Shown here: positions 28,874 through 36,472 of the stretch, piece by piece
Numbering within the stretch: position 1 is the stretch's first letter
Layout of the letters: each line of letters begins with the position of its first letter
From: Cyclobacteriaceae bacterium
GTDB taxonomy: Bacteria > Bacteroidota > Bacteroidia > Cytophagales > Cyclobacteriaceae
Direction: 5' to 3'
DNA: 64,000 nucleotides
Assembly (NCBI GenBank): GCA_965228045.1
Contig: OZ245789.1
Location: 3,522,616-3,586,615, forward strand
Translations under genes and position numbers: made by a program
Notes under the pieces: generated by a model
Database searches by the model: none
Told to the model about the DNA's origin: nothing
The model's input: the letters and a program-made list of their open reading frames with translations, nothing else

Positions 28874-29371
28874 CTAAAATAATTTTGATATGGTTTTCAT
28901 GGTTATGAACATCTTACCACTTGATGGAAGATGAATAAAACCATACTTCCCGTAGAAATTAACCGCAGTCTGGTCTATTGGATCAACCACAACTGCCATC
29001 GAAGCAACGGTACCAGTAGTATCATAACTTCTTTTAAGAGCATCCATTAATAAAATCTCACCCATTCCTTCCCCAATGTTTTTAACATTTCTAGCCAATC
29101 TTCCTAACAAAGTAACTGGTAAGTTTTCATACGAGGGAGGGAGAATCTTTATCACCTCTTCTGGCAATTCATCTCTATCAATGCTCGAACTTGATAAAGT
29201 ATAATAACCTTTTACAATATTCGATTCATCAGAAAGAACAAAGCAAGCTGACAATTTCCGCTTAACATCCTGACCTGCTTGCTTGCGTAGATAACCATCT
29301 AATAGTTGGTTTCCAGAGGAGAATTCGGACTTTTTATGTGACTTGGATAATGGGTTAGTTAAGTAACTCAT
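28874..29371 (-). CDS. GNAT-family acetyltransferase toxin (TacT/KacT-like)
   Basis: 165 aa. GNAT core LLGRLARNV...GEGMGEILLMDAL...FYGKYGF. 4-nt overlap with the upstream DUF1778 antitoxin gene. Confidence 0.75.
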   Translation of the reverse strand: MSYLTNPLSKSHKKSEFSSGNQLLDGYLRKQAGQDVKRKLSACFVLSDESNIVKGYYTLSSSSIDRDELPEEVIKILPPSYENLPVTLLGRLARNVKNIGEGMGEILLMDALKRSYDTTGTVASMAVVVDPIDQTAVNFYGKYGFIHLPSSGKMFITMKTISKLF

Positions 29372-29649
29372 TTATCGCCTAACGCATCATTGTATTTTTT
29401 GGCGGCCGTTGCCAAGGCCTCGTTTGGTTCTGATTCGCTTAGAAGGGCATTAAAAAAAATCTCCTTGTCCTTTTCAGATGACACGATCCTATTGTGCTCA
29501 TCAATGATTGCCTTAGCCTTATCTTGAACAGAATTAATCACAAATTCTGTTAGAGTACGGTAACCACCAAGTACAGCCGCTCTTTCAAAAAATTCCTTTT
29601 GCTGCTTAGTTAACCTGGTATCAAATCTCGCTTCTGAAGTCTTCATCAT
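29368..29649 (-). CDS. DUF1778 (RHH) antitoxin, TacA-like
   Basis: RFDTRLTKQQKEFFERAAVLGGYRTLTEFVINSVQDKAKAII is typical of DUF1778. Confidence 0.75.
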   Translation of the reverse strand: MMKTSEARFDTRLTKQQKEFFERAAVLGGYRTLTEFVINSVQDKAKAIIDEHNRIVSSEKDKEIFFNALLSESEPNEALATAAKKYNDALGDK

Positions 29650-29671
29650 TTTGAACTTCTGTTTTACAAAT

Positions 29672-29722
29672 GTACGTATAATAACCGTACCGTTGGGATA
29701 TATGTACGAATATTAACCGTAC
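29672..29722. promoter_or_regulatory. two 19-bp direct repeats with palindromic ends upstream of the TacAT-like operon (operator candidate)
   Basis: GTACGTATAATAACCGTAC (29672-29690) and GTACGAATATTAACCGTAC (29704-29722). Each is GTACG...CGTAC, spaced 32 bp start to start. Confidence 0.5.
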
Positions 29723-29775
29723 AAGGTTAAGGATTCTCCAGGATGTGCTTTTTGTGCTTTTGGAGATCTATGATG

Positions 29776-30189
29776 CTAATTTCTCCATGGGTCTACCTGG
29801 TAATCATCCATATAGTTCTGCTTTTGAATGATCATCGCCTTGCTCGTGCCGTTGTCATTTATGGCTGCAAAACCATAATCATAGCAGATGTAATACAATA
29901 GTTTGGGCGAACGATAGGTAGCCGAAAAATATCTGAAATCATATCCCAACTGCAGTAGAACATCTTTTCTGACAGAGGCTTTGCCCTGGGGTGAAAGGGT
30001 TTTGAGAATTCTCCGATTCTGCCTGATGATTCTGTTCACTTCCTGAATATATAATTCATCCTGTCTTTTGACCTGATTGTTAAAAGTGTTTCTGCAGTAA
30101 GCGTCACAAAATTTCTTATCCAGACGACCCACTATTGGTCTTCCGCATTGGAGACATGATCGTCTTACTGCAGCATTCAAATTTTCCAT
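29776..30189 (-). CDS. hypothetical Zn-ribbon protein divergent from the recombinase gene
   Basis: CLQCGRPI...KKFCDAYCRN (a four-Cys cluster) followed by a basic region. 137 aa. Confidence 0.45.
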   Translation of the reverse strand: MENLNAAVRRSCLQCGRPIVGRLDKKFCDAYCRNTFNNQVKRQDELYIQEVNRIIRQNRRILKTLSPQGKASVRKDVLLQLGYDFRYFSATYRSPKLLYYICYDYGFAAINDNGTSKAMIIQKQNYMDDYQVDPWRN

Positions 30190-30271
30190 AGCTAATTTTT
30201 TAAATGCTTATTGTCGAATATAAATGTTTATAAACATAGTTGTGTCTTTTGTTTCTATCTCTTTTAACCCC

Positions 30272-31429
30272 ATGAATTCGCAATCGCACACCAGGGAGCG
30301 CCAGATCACGCTTAAGCATCTGTATTTCGAGGATCAAAAGATGATCGGAATCAAATTTTATCCTGATAAAGTCATCCAGCACATCATCAGGCAGCTACCC
30401 GAACCGAGGTGGAGCGAAAAATACGGGATGGTCTACATCAAAAACAATCCTGAAAACCTGAAGGCTATTTTTGATGGGTTCAAAGGTGTTTGCTGGATCA
30501 ATTGCACCCATTTCTATACCAATCGCCCGGTTAATTTCCATAATACACCATTGGACATAGACGGCTACAGGAAGCGAAAATCTATTCCGGGACGGAGAAT
30601 GGTGCCGGAGGAGTTTTTACAGAAGCTGGAGATTCGAAAATATGCTTTCAACACGGCACGATCCTACATCAGTCATTTTGAGAAGTTCATGAATCACTAT
30701 GGTCAGGTACAGAACCTGATGCAATTAGGCGAACATGAAATCAACGAATACATCAGTCACCTTTTCCGGTCAAAACGTTCGGAGGCATTTATTAAAATGT
30801 CTATCAATGCTATCAAATTCTACTATGAAGTGGTGATGGAGATGCCCAACCGTTTTTACGCTATCAAACAGGTTCAACAGAAGGAATCCCTGCCGAAAGT
30901 CCTTTCAAAGAAAGATATCAATAGAATGATCGATGTGACCACTAATATCAAGCACAAGTGCATTATAAGCCTGTTATACTCATCAGGGCTAAGGAGGCAG
31001 GAATTGCTAAATCTGGAAATAAGTGATATTGACAGTGTGCGAATGACGATCACGGTCAGAGAGGGCAAGGGTAGAAAGGACAGGATCACCCTTCTAAGTC
31101 ATCGCCTTTTGGAGCAGCTCAGAATGTATTATAAATCACACATGCCAAAGAAATTCCTTTTTGAAAGCGCAGCCGGAGAAAGGTATAGCGGATCTAGTGT
31201 AAGGCAGATAGTGCACAAAGCCAGTAGAAAAGCAGGCATCAGACAGAAGGTGACCCCCCACATGCTACGACATAGTTTCGCCACCCATTTATTGGAATCC
31301 GGAACAGATTTGAGGCATATTCAGACCCTTCTTGGGCATTCCACGACCAGAACAACGGAAATATATACCCATGTGAGTACGACACATTTTAATCAGATCA
31401 AAAATCCATTAGATTTGGAGGACATATGA
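30272..31429 (+). CDS. tyrosine site-specific recombinase (Xer-like catalytic domain, ~110-aa N-terminal extension, no IntI insertion)
   Basis: Start taken at MNSQSH. LLYSSGLRRQELLNLEISDID, REGKGRKDR, HMLRHSFATHLLESGTDLRHIQTLLGHSTTRTTEIYTHV (R-H-R-Y set). Only about 50 aa lie between KDR and HMLRH. Confidence 0.85.
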   Translation: MNSQSHTRERQITLKHLYFEDQKMIGIKFYPDKVIQHIIRQLPEPRWSEKYGMVYIKNNPENLKAIFDGFKGVCWINCTHFYTNRPVNFHNTPLDIDGYRKRKSIPGRRMVPEEFLQKLEIRKYAFNTARSYISHFEKFMNHYGQVQNLMQLGEHEINEYISHLFRSKRSEAFIKMSINAIKFYYEVVMEMPNRFYAIKQVQQKESLPKVLSKKDINRMIDVTTNIKHKCIISLLYSSGLRRQELLNLEISDIDSVRMTITVREGKGRKDRITLLSHRLLEQLRMYYKSHMPKKFLFESAAGERYSGSSVRQIVHKASRKAGIRQKVTPHMLRHSFATHLLESGTDLRHIQTLLGHSTTRTTEIYTHVSTTHFNQIKNPLDLEDI

Positions 31430-31432
31430 TAG

Positions 31433-31457
31433 TTATCCGCAATAAACGTGCGGATAA
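31433..31457 (+). other. 9-bp perfect inverted repeat directly after the recombinase stop
   Basis: TTATCCGCA-ATAAACG-TGCGGATAA, followed by CTTGT...ACAAGG and a T6 run. Terminator or protein-binding site. Confidence 0.35.
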
Positions 31458-31933
31458 CTTGTTGTTGGGGCACAAGGCTTTTTTGAAAAATGTACTTTTT
31501 AATTTTTGTGAAAATCATCCCTTACTTCAAACCCATTTAAGCACTTAATGATGACTTTTAAAATGCAGTTGTGTTATGATTTGGACCAGAATCTTCTGTG
31601 GTTACCTGTATCCTTCCAAAACTTTTCTGCTACCTGAACTTTCCCCTGCTTACCCAGCCGAGGGGTTGAGCACAAGCCTGTACTTATCTGATGCTTCTCG
31701 TCAATTGGATTGAAAGTTTTGAAAGGTTAGTGGTAAATCTAAGCTGCTCGTCTCTTTATATCGGTAGTGTGCTCAGATTTATCCCTAGTGGCTCGCGCTG
31801 GCCGATTCCGTGGATACCAAAATAATGATGTCAAAAAGTGCCTGTGCTTTTGCTGGTAAAATATGTGCCCAACATTGCCTATGTTTAAAAGCGTGGTAGT
31901 GAATTACGAGGCTTCTTCCCTATTTGATACTCC

Positions 31934-31996
31934 GCGATTTCTGCGAAATCGCAAAATTAGCTCTTGAAATATGTTTTGCGATTTCGCAGAAATCGC
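31934..31996. promoter_or_regulatory. pair of 19-bp palindromes (23-bp perfect inverted repeat arms) in the array leader
   Basis: GCGATTTCTGCGAAATCGCAAAA (31934-31956) and its exact reverse complement TTTTGCGATTTCGCAGAAATCGC (31974-31996). Confidence 0.5.
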
Positions 31997-32081
31997 TACT
32001 TTGGTAATACAAACAGTTTGGCTATTTAATACGCTTCAAAACATAGCCTTAACGTTATGTGGAATTAGCGCAACTCAAGAA

Positions 32082-32744
32082 ATGGATGAAGATGAAATAA
32101 AGATACTCGATCAATTCATTGCGGAACTCAACCAGAACCTTGAAAAGAATCTTCCCAAGATTGCTGCTCAGTTTGTGAACGACTATGAATCCCCTGAATT
32201 TGACCCTCTGAGGGATGAGATAACCAAATGTTTGTTATGTGATTTTTGCCAAGCTGCAATAACACTAACGAACCATCTAACTGAGAATTTCCTAAAAACA
32301 ATGCTGGTTTACCATGAGTCTCTTGAGAACGGTGAACACAACGACCTAACAACACTATTTTCGAAAGGGCTAGACATCTATGACAATATGAATTTAGTCG
32401 ATACGATTGATAAGGCCTGTGAACATCAAATCATCAATGAAGAGCAGAAAGCAACGCTTCACAAATTTCGTCATGACTTCAGGAATCCCTACTCTCATGC
32501 GAGTAAGCGGAAAATCTTCAAAGACTCCAAAATTCGAACACAAAAGCTATCCCTGAACAAGGAATTGAAGTACGAACTGGAAGAACCGAAAGAATCATTG
32601 GCATCTAACCTTGTATTTGCACAGGGACTAATTCAGACTCTTCTAAGCAAACAAATTGCATTTGACTACTTCAAAACTGTGGACAAAATTATCAGAGATG
32701 CCTTGGCTGAATTCTATAAAAACAACGATAAAACATCCACATAA
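32082..32744 (+). CDS. cassette 1 ORF, hypothetical (contains an RNxxxH, HEPN-like motif)
   Basis: Start moved to MDEDEIK, because the track start at 31971 lies inside the palindrome and upstream of the GTT core at 32054. Motif FRHDFRNPYSHAS. Confidence 0.5.
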   Translation: MDEDEIKILDQFIAELNQNLEKNLPKIAAQFVNDYESPEFDPLRDEITKCLLCDFCQAAITLTNHLTENFLKTMLVYHESLENGEHNDLTTLFSKGLDIYDNMNLVDTIDKACEHQIINEEQKATLHKFRHDFRNPYSHASKRKIFKDSKIRTQKLSLNKELKYELEEPKESLASNLVFAQGLIQTLLSKQIAFDYFKTVDKIIRDALAEFYKNNDKTST

Positions 32745-32976
32745 CAGACGCTGATCGGGCATATGTCTTAGTGCTTTCTGGCTGGTTTCAGTGGAACTCG
32801 ACCGTGATATCTGCCGCTGAGAAACGGCTGTGCTTTCCACCATCTTTTGCTCGCAGGAGTTTTTGACTTTCAGAACGCAGTGCCATTTAGAACCGTTGTG
32901 AGCTTCGGCAGATTTCACTACATTCGTGCTATTCACTAGCTGCGGGACATACGCCCGATAGCTGGTCGTTAGCACC
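32737..32976 (+). repeat. attC-like structured repeat of cassette 1
   Basis: Starts CCACATAAC (the stop codon lies inside it) and ends GTTAGCACC. Outer arms CAGACGCTGATCGGGCATATGTC / GACATACGCCCGATAGCTGGTCG and inner arms GTGATATCTGCCG / CGGCAGATTTCAC are inverted repeats. Confidence 0.7.
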
Positions 32977-32994
32977 AATATTCCTAAGTCGCAT

Positions 32995-33570
32995 ATGACA
33001 GACCTAATTCAACGAATCCAGAACTGGTACATGATTAACTGCAATGGCGACTGGGAACACAATTTTGGTTACTCAATTGCAACATTGGACAATCCTGGAT
33101 GGACAATTAGGATTGACTTAGACGGAACTCCTTTAGACACTCTGGAATTCAAACGAAACTACCAAAATCCGAACGACGAACAGGATTGGTTCAACATCAA
33201 GACCAAGAACATGGTTTTAGAGATTTTCTGTGGCCCATCGAACCTCGAAACGGTCTTTAAGCTTTTCTTTGATGAAATCATTCCTAACCACTCAGATTCC
33301 AACTTTTGGTATGACGTTTACTTAGAACTCGAAGGAACTTCGAACAAAATATGGACTCCAGCCAAAGCCAAACTTATCAACGAGGTAACACTAGAACTTG
33401 TGGAAATTAAGGAGCCAGTTTACAAGGAACTGAAGGCTAAAACATGGGAAAATTTTGACCAAGTTGAAAGCCTTCTGCCAACTCTCAAACATCGGTTTAA
33501 CATTGGAGACCGAGTGCGAACTGAACTAACGGAAGTTCATGACGGACTGATCCAAGTGGCGGTAAAATAA
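32995..33570 (+). CDS. cassette 2 ORF, Imm53-like immunity protein
   Basis: IQNWYMINCNGDWEHNFGYSIATLDNPGWTIRIDLDGT matches the immunity-53 family pattern as I recall it. ATG is 20 nt after the GTT core. Confidence 0.6.
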   Translation: MTDLIQRIQNWYMINCNGDWEHNFGYSIATLDNPGWTIRIDLDGTPLDTLEFKRNYQNPNDEQDWFNIKTKNMVLEIFCGPSNLETVFKLFFDEIIPNHSDSNFWYDVYLELEGTSNKIWTPAKAKLINEVTLELVEIKEPVYKELKAKTWENFDQVESLLPTLKHRFNIGDRVRTELTEVHDGLIQVAVK

Positions 33571-33572
33571 CT

Positions 33573-33757
33573 GGTGCTAACAGACGCTGATCGGGCATAT
33601 GTCTCAGTGCTTTCTGGCTGGAATCAGTGCAACTCGACCGTGATATCTGCCGCTGAGATATGGTAGTGCTTTCTACAGACTTTTGCTCGCAGGATTTTTT
33701 GATTTTCAGAACGCAGTGCCATTTGGAACCGTTGTGAGCTTCGGCAGATTTCACTAC
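33573..33757 (+). repeat. attC-like repeat of cassette 2, 5' part (interrupted by IS110 element)
   Basis: Starts GGTGCTAAC. Nearly identical to 32746-32926 up to ...CGGCAGATTTCACTAC, then diverges into the IS. Confidence 0.7.
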
Positions 33758-35108
33758 TTCCTATGTTACAAAACGATTACCAAAGGATCATTTATTTTGG
33801 TAAGTAGTGGGGAGAAATGAGAGCAAATTCGCTAGTAAATAGTCTAAAGACATATTCACACTAAGGTATCGCCTCATTTCTTTCTTTCTCTTAGAGTTTA
33901 AACAGAATGTAAAGCGGGATTTTCCCCAGCTAGAATATCAGACAGGAGGTAAAACGAAGGGAGACATCCGCTATTATCTTTTTATTCAACCCTTTGAAAA
34001 TGAAAACTATTAAGCAAGTCGTTGGTGTGGATGTAGCTCAGAATGAGTTGGTCTGTACCTTTGGTCAGTTGTATGAAGATTTAAGTATTGGCCGGTATAT
34101 TCACCGGGTTTTTGATAACAACCTTAAAGGATTCAAGAACATTATTCGGTGGATTCAATCGGTCAAGTCCGATGATTTATCAATACAAATAGTAATGGAA
34201 CCCACCGGGGTATATCATGAGAAATTTGCTCATTGGCTCTTTGATCAAGCTCACAATGTTGCCATTGTACTACCTAACAAAGTCAGTAATTATGCCCGGA
34301 CTTTATCTATAAAAACAATCACTGATAAAACGGCTTCCCAAACTATTGCTCAGTTTGGATTGGAGAGAAAGCTGGATCTATGGAATCCTCCAAAACCTGT
34401 TTTCCGAACCATGAAGCAGTTAACCAGGGAACGTGATCAGATTGTGGCAGAGCGAGTTACGATCAAAAATCAGATCCATGCTGAAAATGCTGAAGCATAT
34501 CCTAATCCAAACTCTCTTAAGCGACTCAAAGCCAGAAAGGCTCTCCTATCAAAACAAGAGCAAGAGATTAAGAACGAAATCCAACAATTAGTAAAAAGTG
34601 ATTTGGAGATTGAAAAAGACATTGGATTGATGACTACTATCCCAGGAGTAGGTAATCTCACAGCAGCTATTGTTCTGGCTGAAACAAATGGTTTTGAACT
34701 TATCCGCAACAAAAAGCAATTGACTAGTTATGCGGGTTTGGACGTCAGAGAAAAGCAATCAGGAACTTCAGTCAAAGGAAAACCCAGGATATCCAAACAA
34801 GGAAACAGATTTTTAAGAAAAGCTATGCACCTGCCATCATTATCAGCCATTCGACATTGTCATATGTACAAAAGCAACTTTGCAATGCATGTCGGTAAAC
34901 ATGGTATCAAAATGAAAGCAGCAGTGGCCGTTCAGCGTAAAATTCTGGAACTGATGTATGTGCTTTATAAAACCAAAGTCCCATTCGACCCATATTATCA
35001 ATTTAAAAAGGGACAACAATCCGATGTTGATGCCCCTTTACAATCTAGCTTATGCTGATTTTACTTAAAGTTAGAAAATATCATTTCTATCTTTGGTTTT
35101 TAACACAG
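33758..35108 (+). mobile_element. IS110-family insertion sequence (copy 1) inside an attC-like repeat; ends approximate (+/-10 bp)
   Basis: The flanks rejoin into one attC-like repeat when compared with 32926-32976. About 240 nt of non-coding 5' end and about 50 nt of 3' end. Confidence 0.65.
34000..35058 (+). CDS. IS110-family (DEDD) transposase/recombinase
   Basis: MKTIKQVVGVDVAQ (N-terminal GxDxxK-type start), EPTGVYHE, and the C-terminal IPGVGNLTAAIVLAE...SYAGLDVREKQSG module. Confidence 0.85.
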   Translation: MKTIKQVVGVDVAQNELVCTFGQLYEDLSIGRYIHRVFDNNLKGFKNIIRWIQSVKSDDLSIQIVMEPTGVYHEKFAHWLFDQAHNVAIVLPNKVSNYARTLSIKTITDKTASQTIAQFGLERKLDLWNPPKPVFRTMKQLTRERDQIVAERVTIKNQIHAENAEAYPNPNSLKRLKARKALLSKQEQEIKNEIQQLVKSDLEIEKDIGLMTTIPGVGNLTAAIVLAETNGFELIRNKKQLTSYAGLDVREKQSGTSVKGKPRISKQGNRFLRKAMHLPSLSAIRHCHMYKSNFAMHVGKHGIKMKAAVAVQRKILELMYVLYKTKVPFDPYYQFKKGQQSDVDAPLQSSLC

Positions 35109-35166
35109 AATCTTAGTGCTTTCTGCCAACTGTGGGCACACAAACCGATAGTTAGGCGTTGAGCGC
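35109..35166 (+). repeat. attC-like repeat of cassette 2, 3' part
   Basis: TCTTAGTGCTTTCTGCCAACTGTGGGCACACAAACCGATAGTTAGGCGTTGAGCGC aligns with 32927-32976. Ends in tandem cores GTTAGGC and GTTGAGCGC. Confidence 0.65.
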
Positions 35167-35190
35167 AATTGGCGCAACTCGAATCTGATT

Positions 35191-35589
35191 ATGAACTATC
35201 CAACTTTATCTCTTGTCATCAACTTCGGGTTAATTCTAACCTTTGCATTCCTACTGCTTCGATACAACAATTTTAAGTATGTGATTTTTCTGCTGATTGC
35301 AATTGGACTTGCTTACTATGGATATACTGAACGACTGAACCCCGAACTTCAACAAGTAAGAGGTCACGCCAGTAATTACTTTTACTTACCCATACTAATG
35401 CTCATTTATTGGCAAATATTTCGAACTGTTTACAAAGCGTTCTATAAACAGGAACCATCAATCACTTGGCCTGGAGCAACAACCAAGAGCATGGACATTT
35501 TGAACGAACGGAGAATAACATACGGAGATGGCTTCTTCACAATTGGAATATTTATAGCCCCAATCCTTACCATAATCCTTTTGGGTTAA
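35191..35589 (+). CDS. cassette 3 ORF, small integral membrane protein
   Basis: 132 aa with about four hydrophobic helices. ATG is 24 nt after the GTTGAGCGC core. Confidence 0.55.
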   Translation: MNYPTLSLVINFGLILTFAFLLLRYNNFKYVIFLLIAIGLAYYGYTERLNPELQQVRGHASNYFYLPILMLIYWQIFRTVYKAFYKQEPSITWPGATTKSMDILNERRITYGDGFFTIGIFIAPILTIILLG

Positions 35590-35600
35590 CAACTAAAACT

Positions 35601-35839
35601 GCGCTCAACAATGTGTATGGACGCATGTGCGAACTGAGCATTTAGCCGGTTTCTGTGGAACTCGACCGTGAATCAGCCGCTGAAGATACTTTTCTGCTTT
35701 CTACCAATCTAAGTTCGCAGGAGTTTTTAATCTTCTGAACGCACTCTCTTTGATACTTTGGAAGCACCGGCAGATTTCATTATTTTGCTGCTATTAGCCA
35801 TTGGGGCGCACACAGCGCCATACACAGGCGTTGGAGCGC
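35601..35839 (+). repeat. attC-like structured repeat of cassette 3
   Basis: GCGCTCAACAATGTGTATGGACGCATGTGCG ... CGCACACAGCGCCATACACAGGCGTTGGAGCGC (inverted arms). Contains the CGGCAGATTTCA internal module. Confidence 0.7.
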
Positions 35840-35850
35840 ATCACTGCATC

Positions 35851-36462
35851 ATGAAAGAACTTCTACTAATTACTTTGGGACTGATGAACTTCACTATTCA
35901 GGCACAAATTGTGAAACCTGAAAAAGGTCATTATGTCCGGGAGATTTTGGTCGAACCTGACACCTTGTTTTTCAATTCACTTCCACTTTTTATACATCCA
36001 CATGGAACCGTATTCATAACAACTAACGACACCTCGTCATTTGAACTTAGTGAAGTAGAATTCGTTGAAGGGGCATTTGTGTTTAAAACTGACTCACACT
36101 TCTACGTTTTTTATGAAGAAACCGATATGCTAAGTGGGACCAGCTATTTAGAAGTTTTCGGATCTGTCAATTTGGAACATCTCTACCGAACTCATATTCC
36201 CGGATTCAATCTTGGACAACCTGTAATCAAAGATCAATTCGCATATGTTTCTACAATTGGACTTGTTGGCAAGATCGATTTAACTACAGGTGAATTCGTT
36301 TGGAAGTTTGACGACCTCTATGACCATCAAACATACGACTTTAACAACTTTGATGCCGCTGAACTCATAGGCGAACAGGTAATATTCAGCTCTCCTAACA
36401 GAATTAAGAACCGAACCCGAACGATTCTGGTGAACGACCAAACTGGAGAACGAATAGAATAA
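35851..36462 (+). CDS. cassette 4 ORF, secreted hypothetical protein
   Basis: Start moved to MKELLLITLGLMNFTIQAQ (signal peptide), 11 nt after the GTTGGAGCGC core. The track start at 35758 lies inside the repeat. Confidence 0.55.
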   Translation: MKELLLITLGLMNFTIQAQIVKPEKGHYVREILVEPDTLFFNSLPLFIHPHGTVFITTNDTSSFELSEVEFVEGAFVFKTDSHFYVFYEETDMLSGTSYLEVFGSVNLEHLYRTHIPGFNLGQPVIKDQFAYVSTIGLVGKIDLTTGEFVWKFDDLYDHQTYDFNNFDAAELIGEQVIFSSPNRIKNRTRTILVNDQTGERIE

Positions 36463-36472
36463 ACGCGCTCCA

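Noticed and set aside
30272-31429. Calling the recombinase a classical integron integrase (IntI).
   Set aside because: Only about 50 aa separate the KDR hairpin from the HxLRH box, so the IntI-specific insertion seems absent. The N-terminal extension is also atypical. It is kept as a generic tyrosine recombinase pending an HMM test.
31971-32081. ORF-track start at 31971 for the first cassette ORF.
   Set aside because: The first 37 codons overlap the 23-bp inverted repeat and lie upstream of the cassette boundary core at 32054. The internal ATG at 32082 is preferred.
32643-32978. Minus-strand ORFs 32643..32978 (111 aa) and 33497..33754 (85 aa) with near-identical peptides (...AEAHNGSKWHCVLK...).
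   Set aside because: They are translations of the repeated attC-like DNA. Their similarity reflects the DNA repeat, they run antisense across the cassette boundary cores, and they have no independent coding signal.
35758-35850. ORF-track start at 35758 for the cassette 4 ORF.
   Set aside because: The extension is a translation of the attC-like repeat. The ATG at 35851 gives a canonical signal peptide 11 nt after the GTT core.
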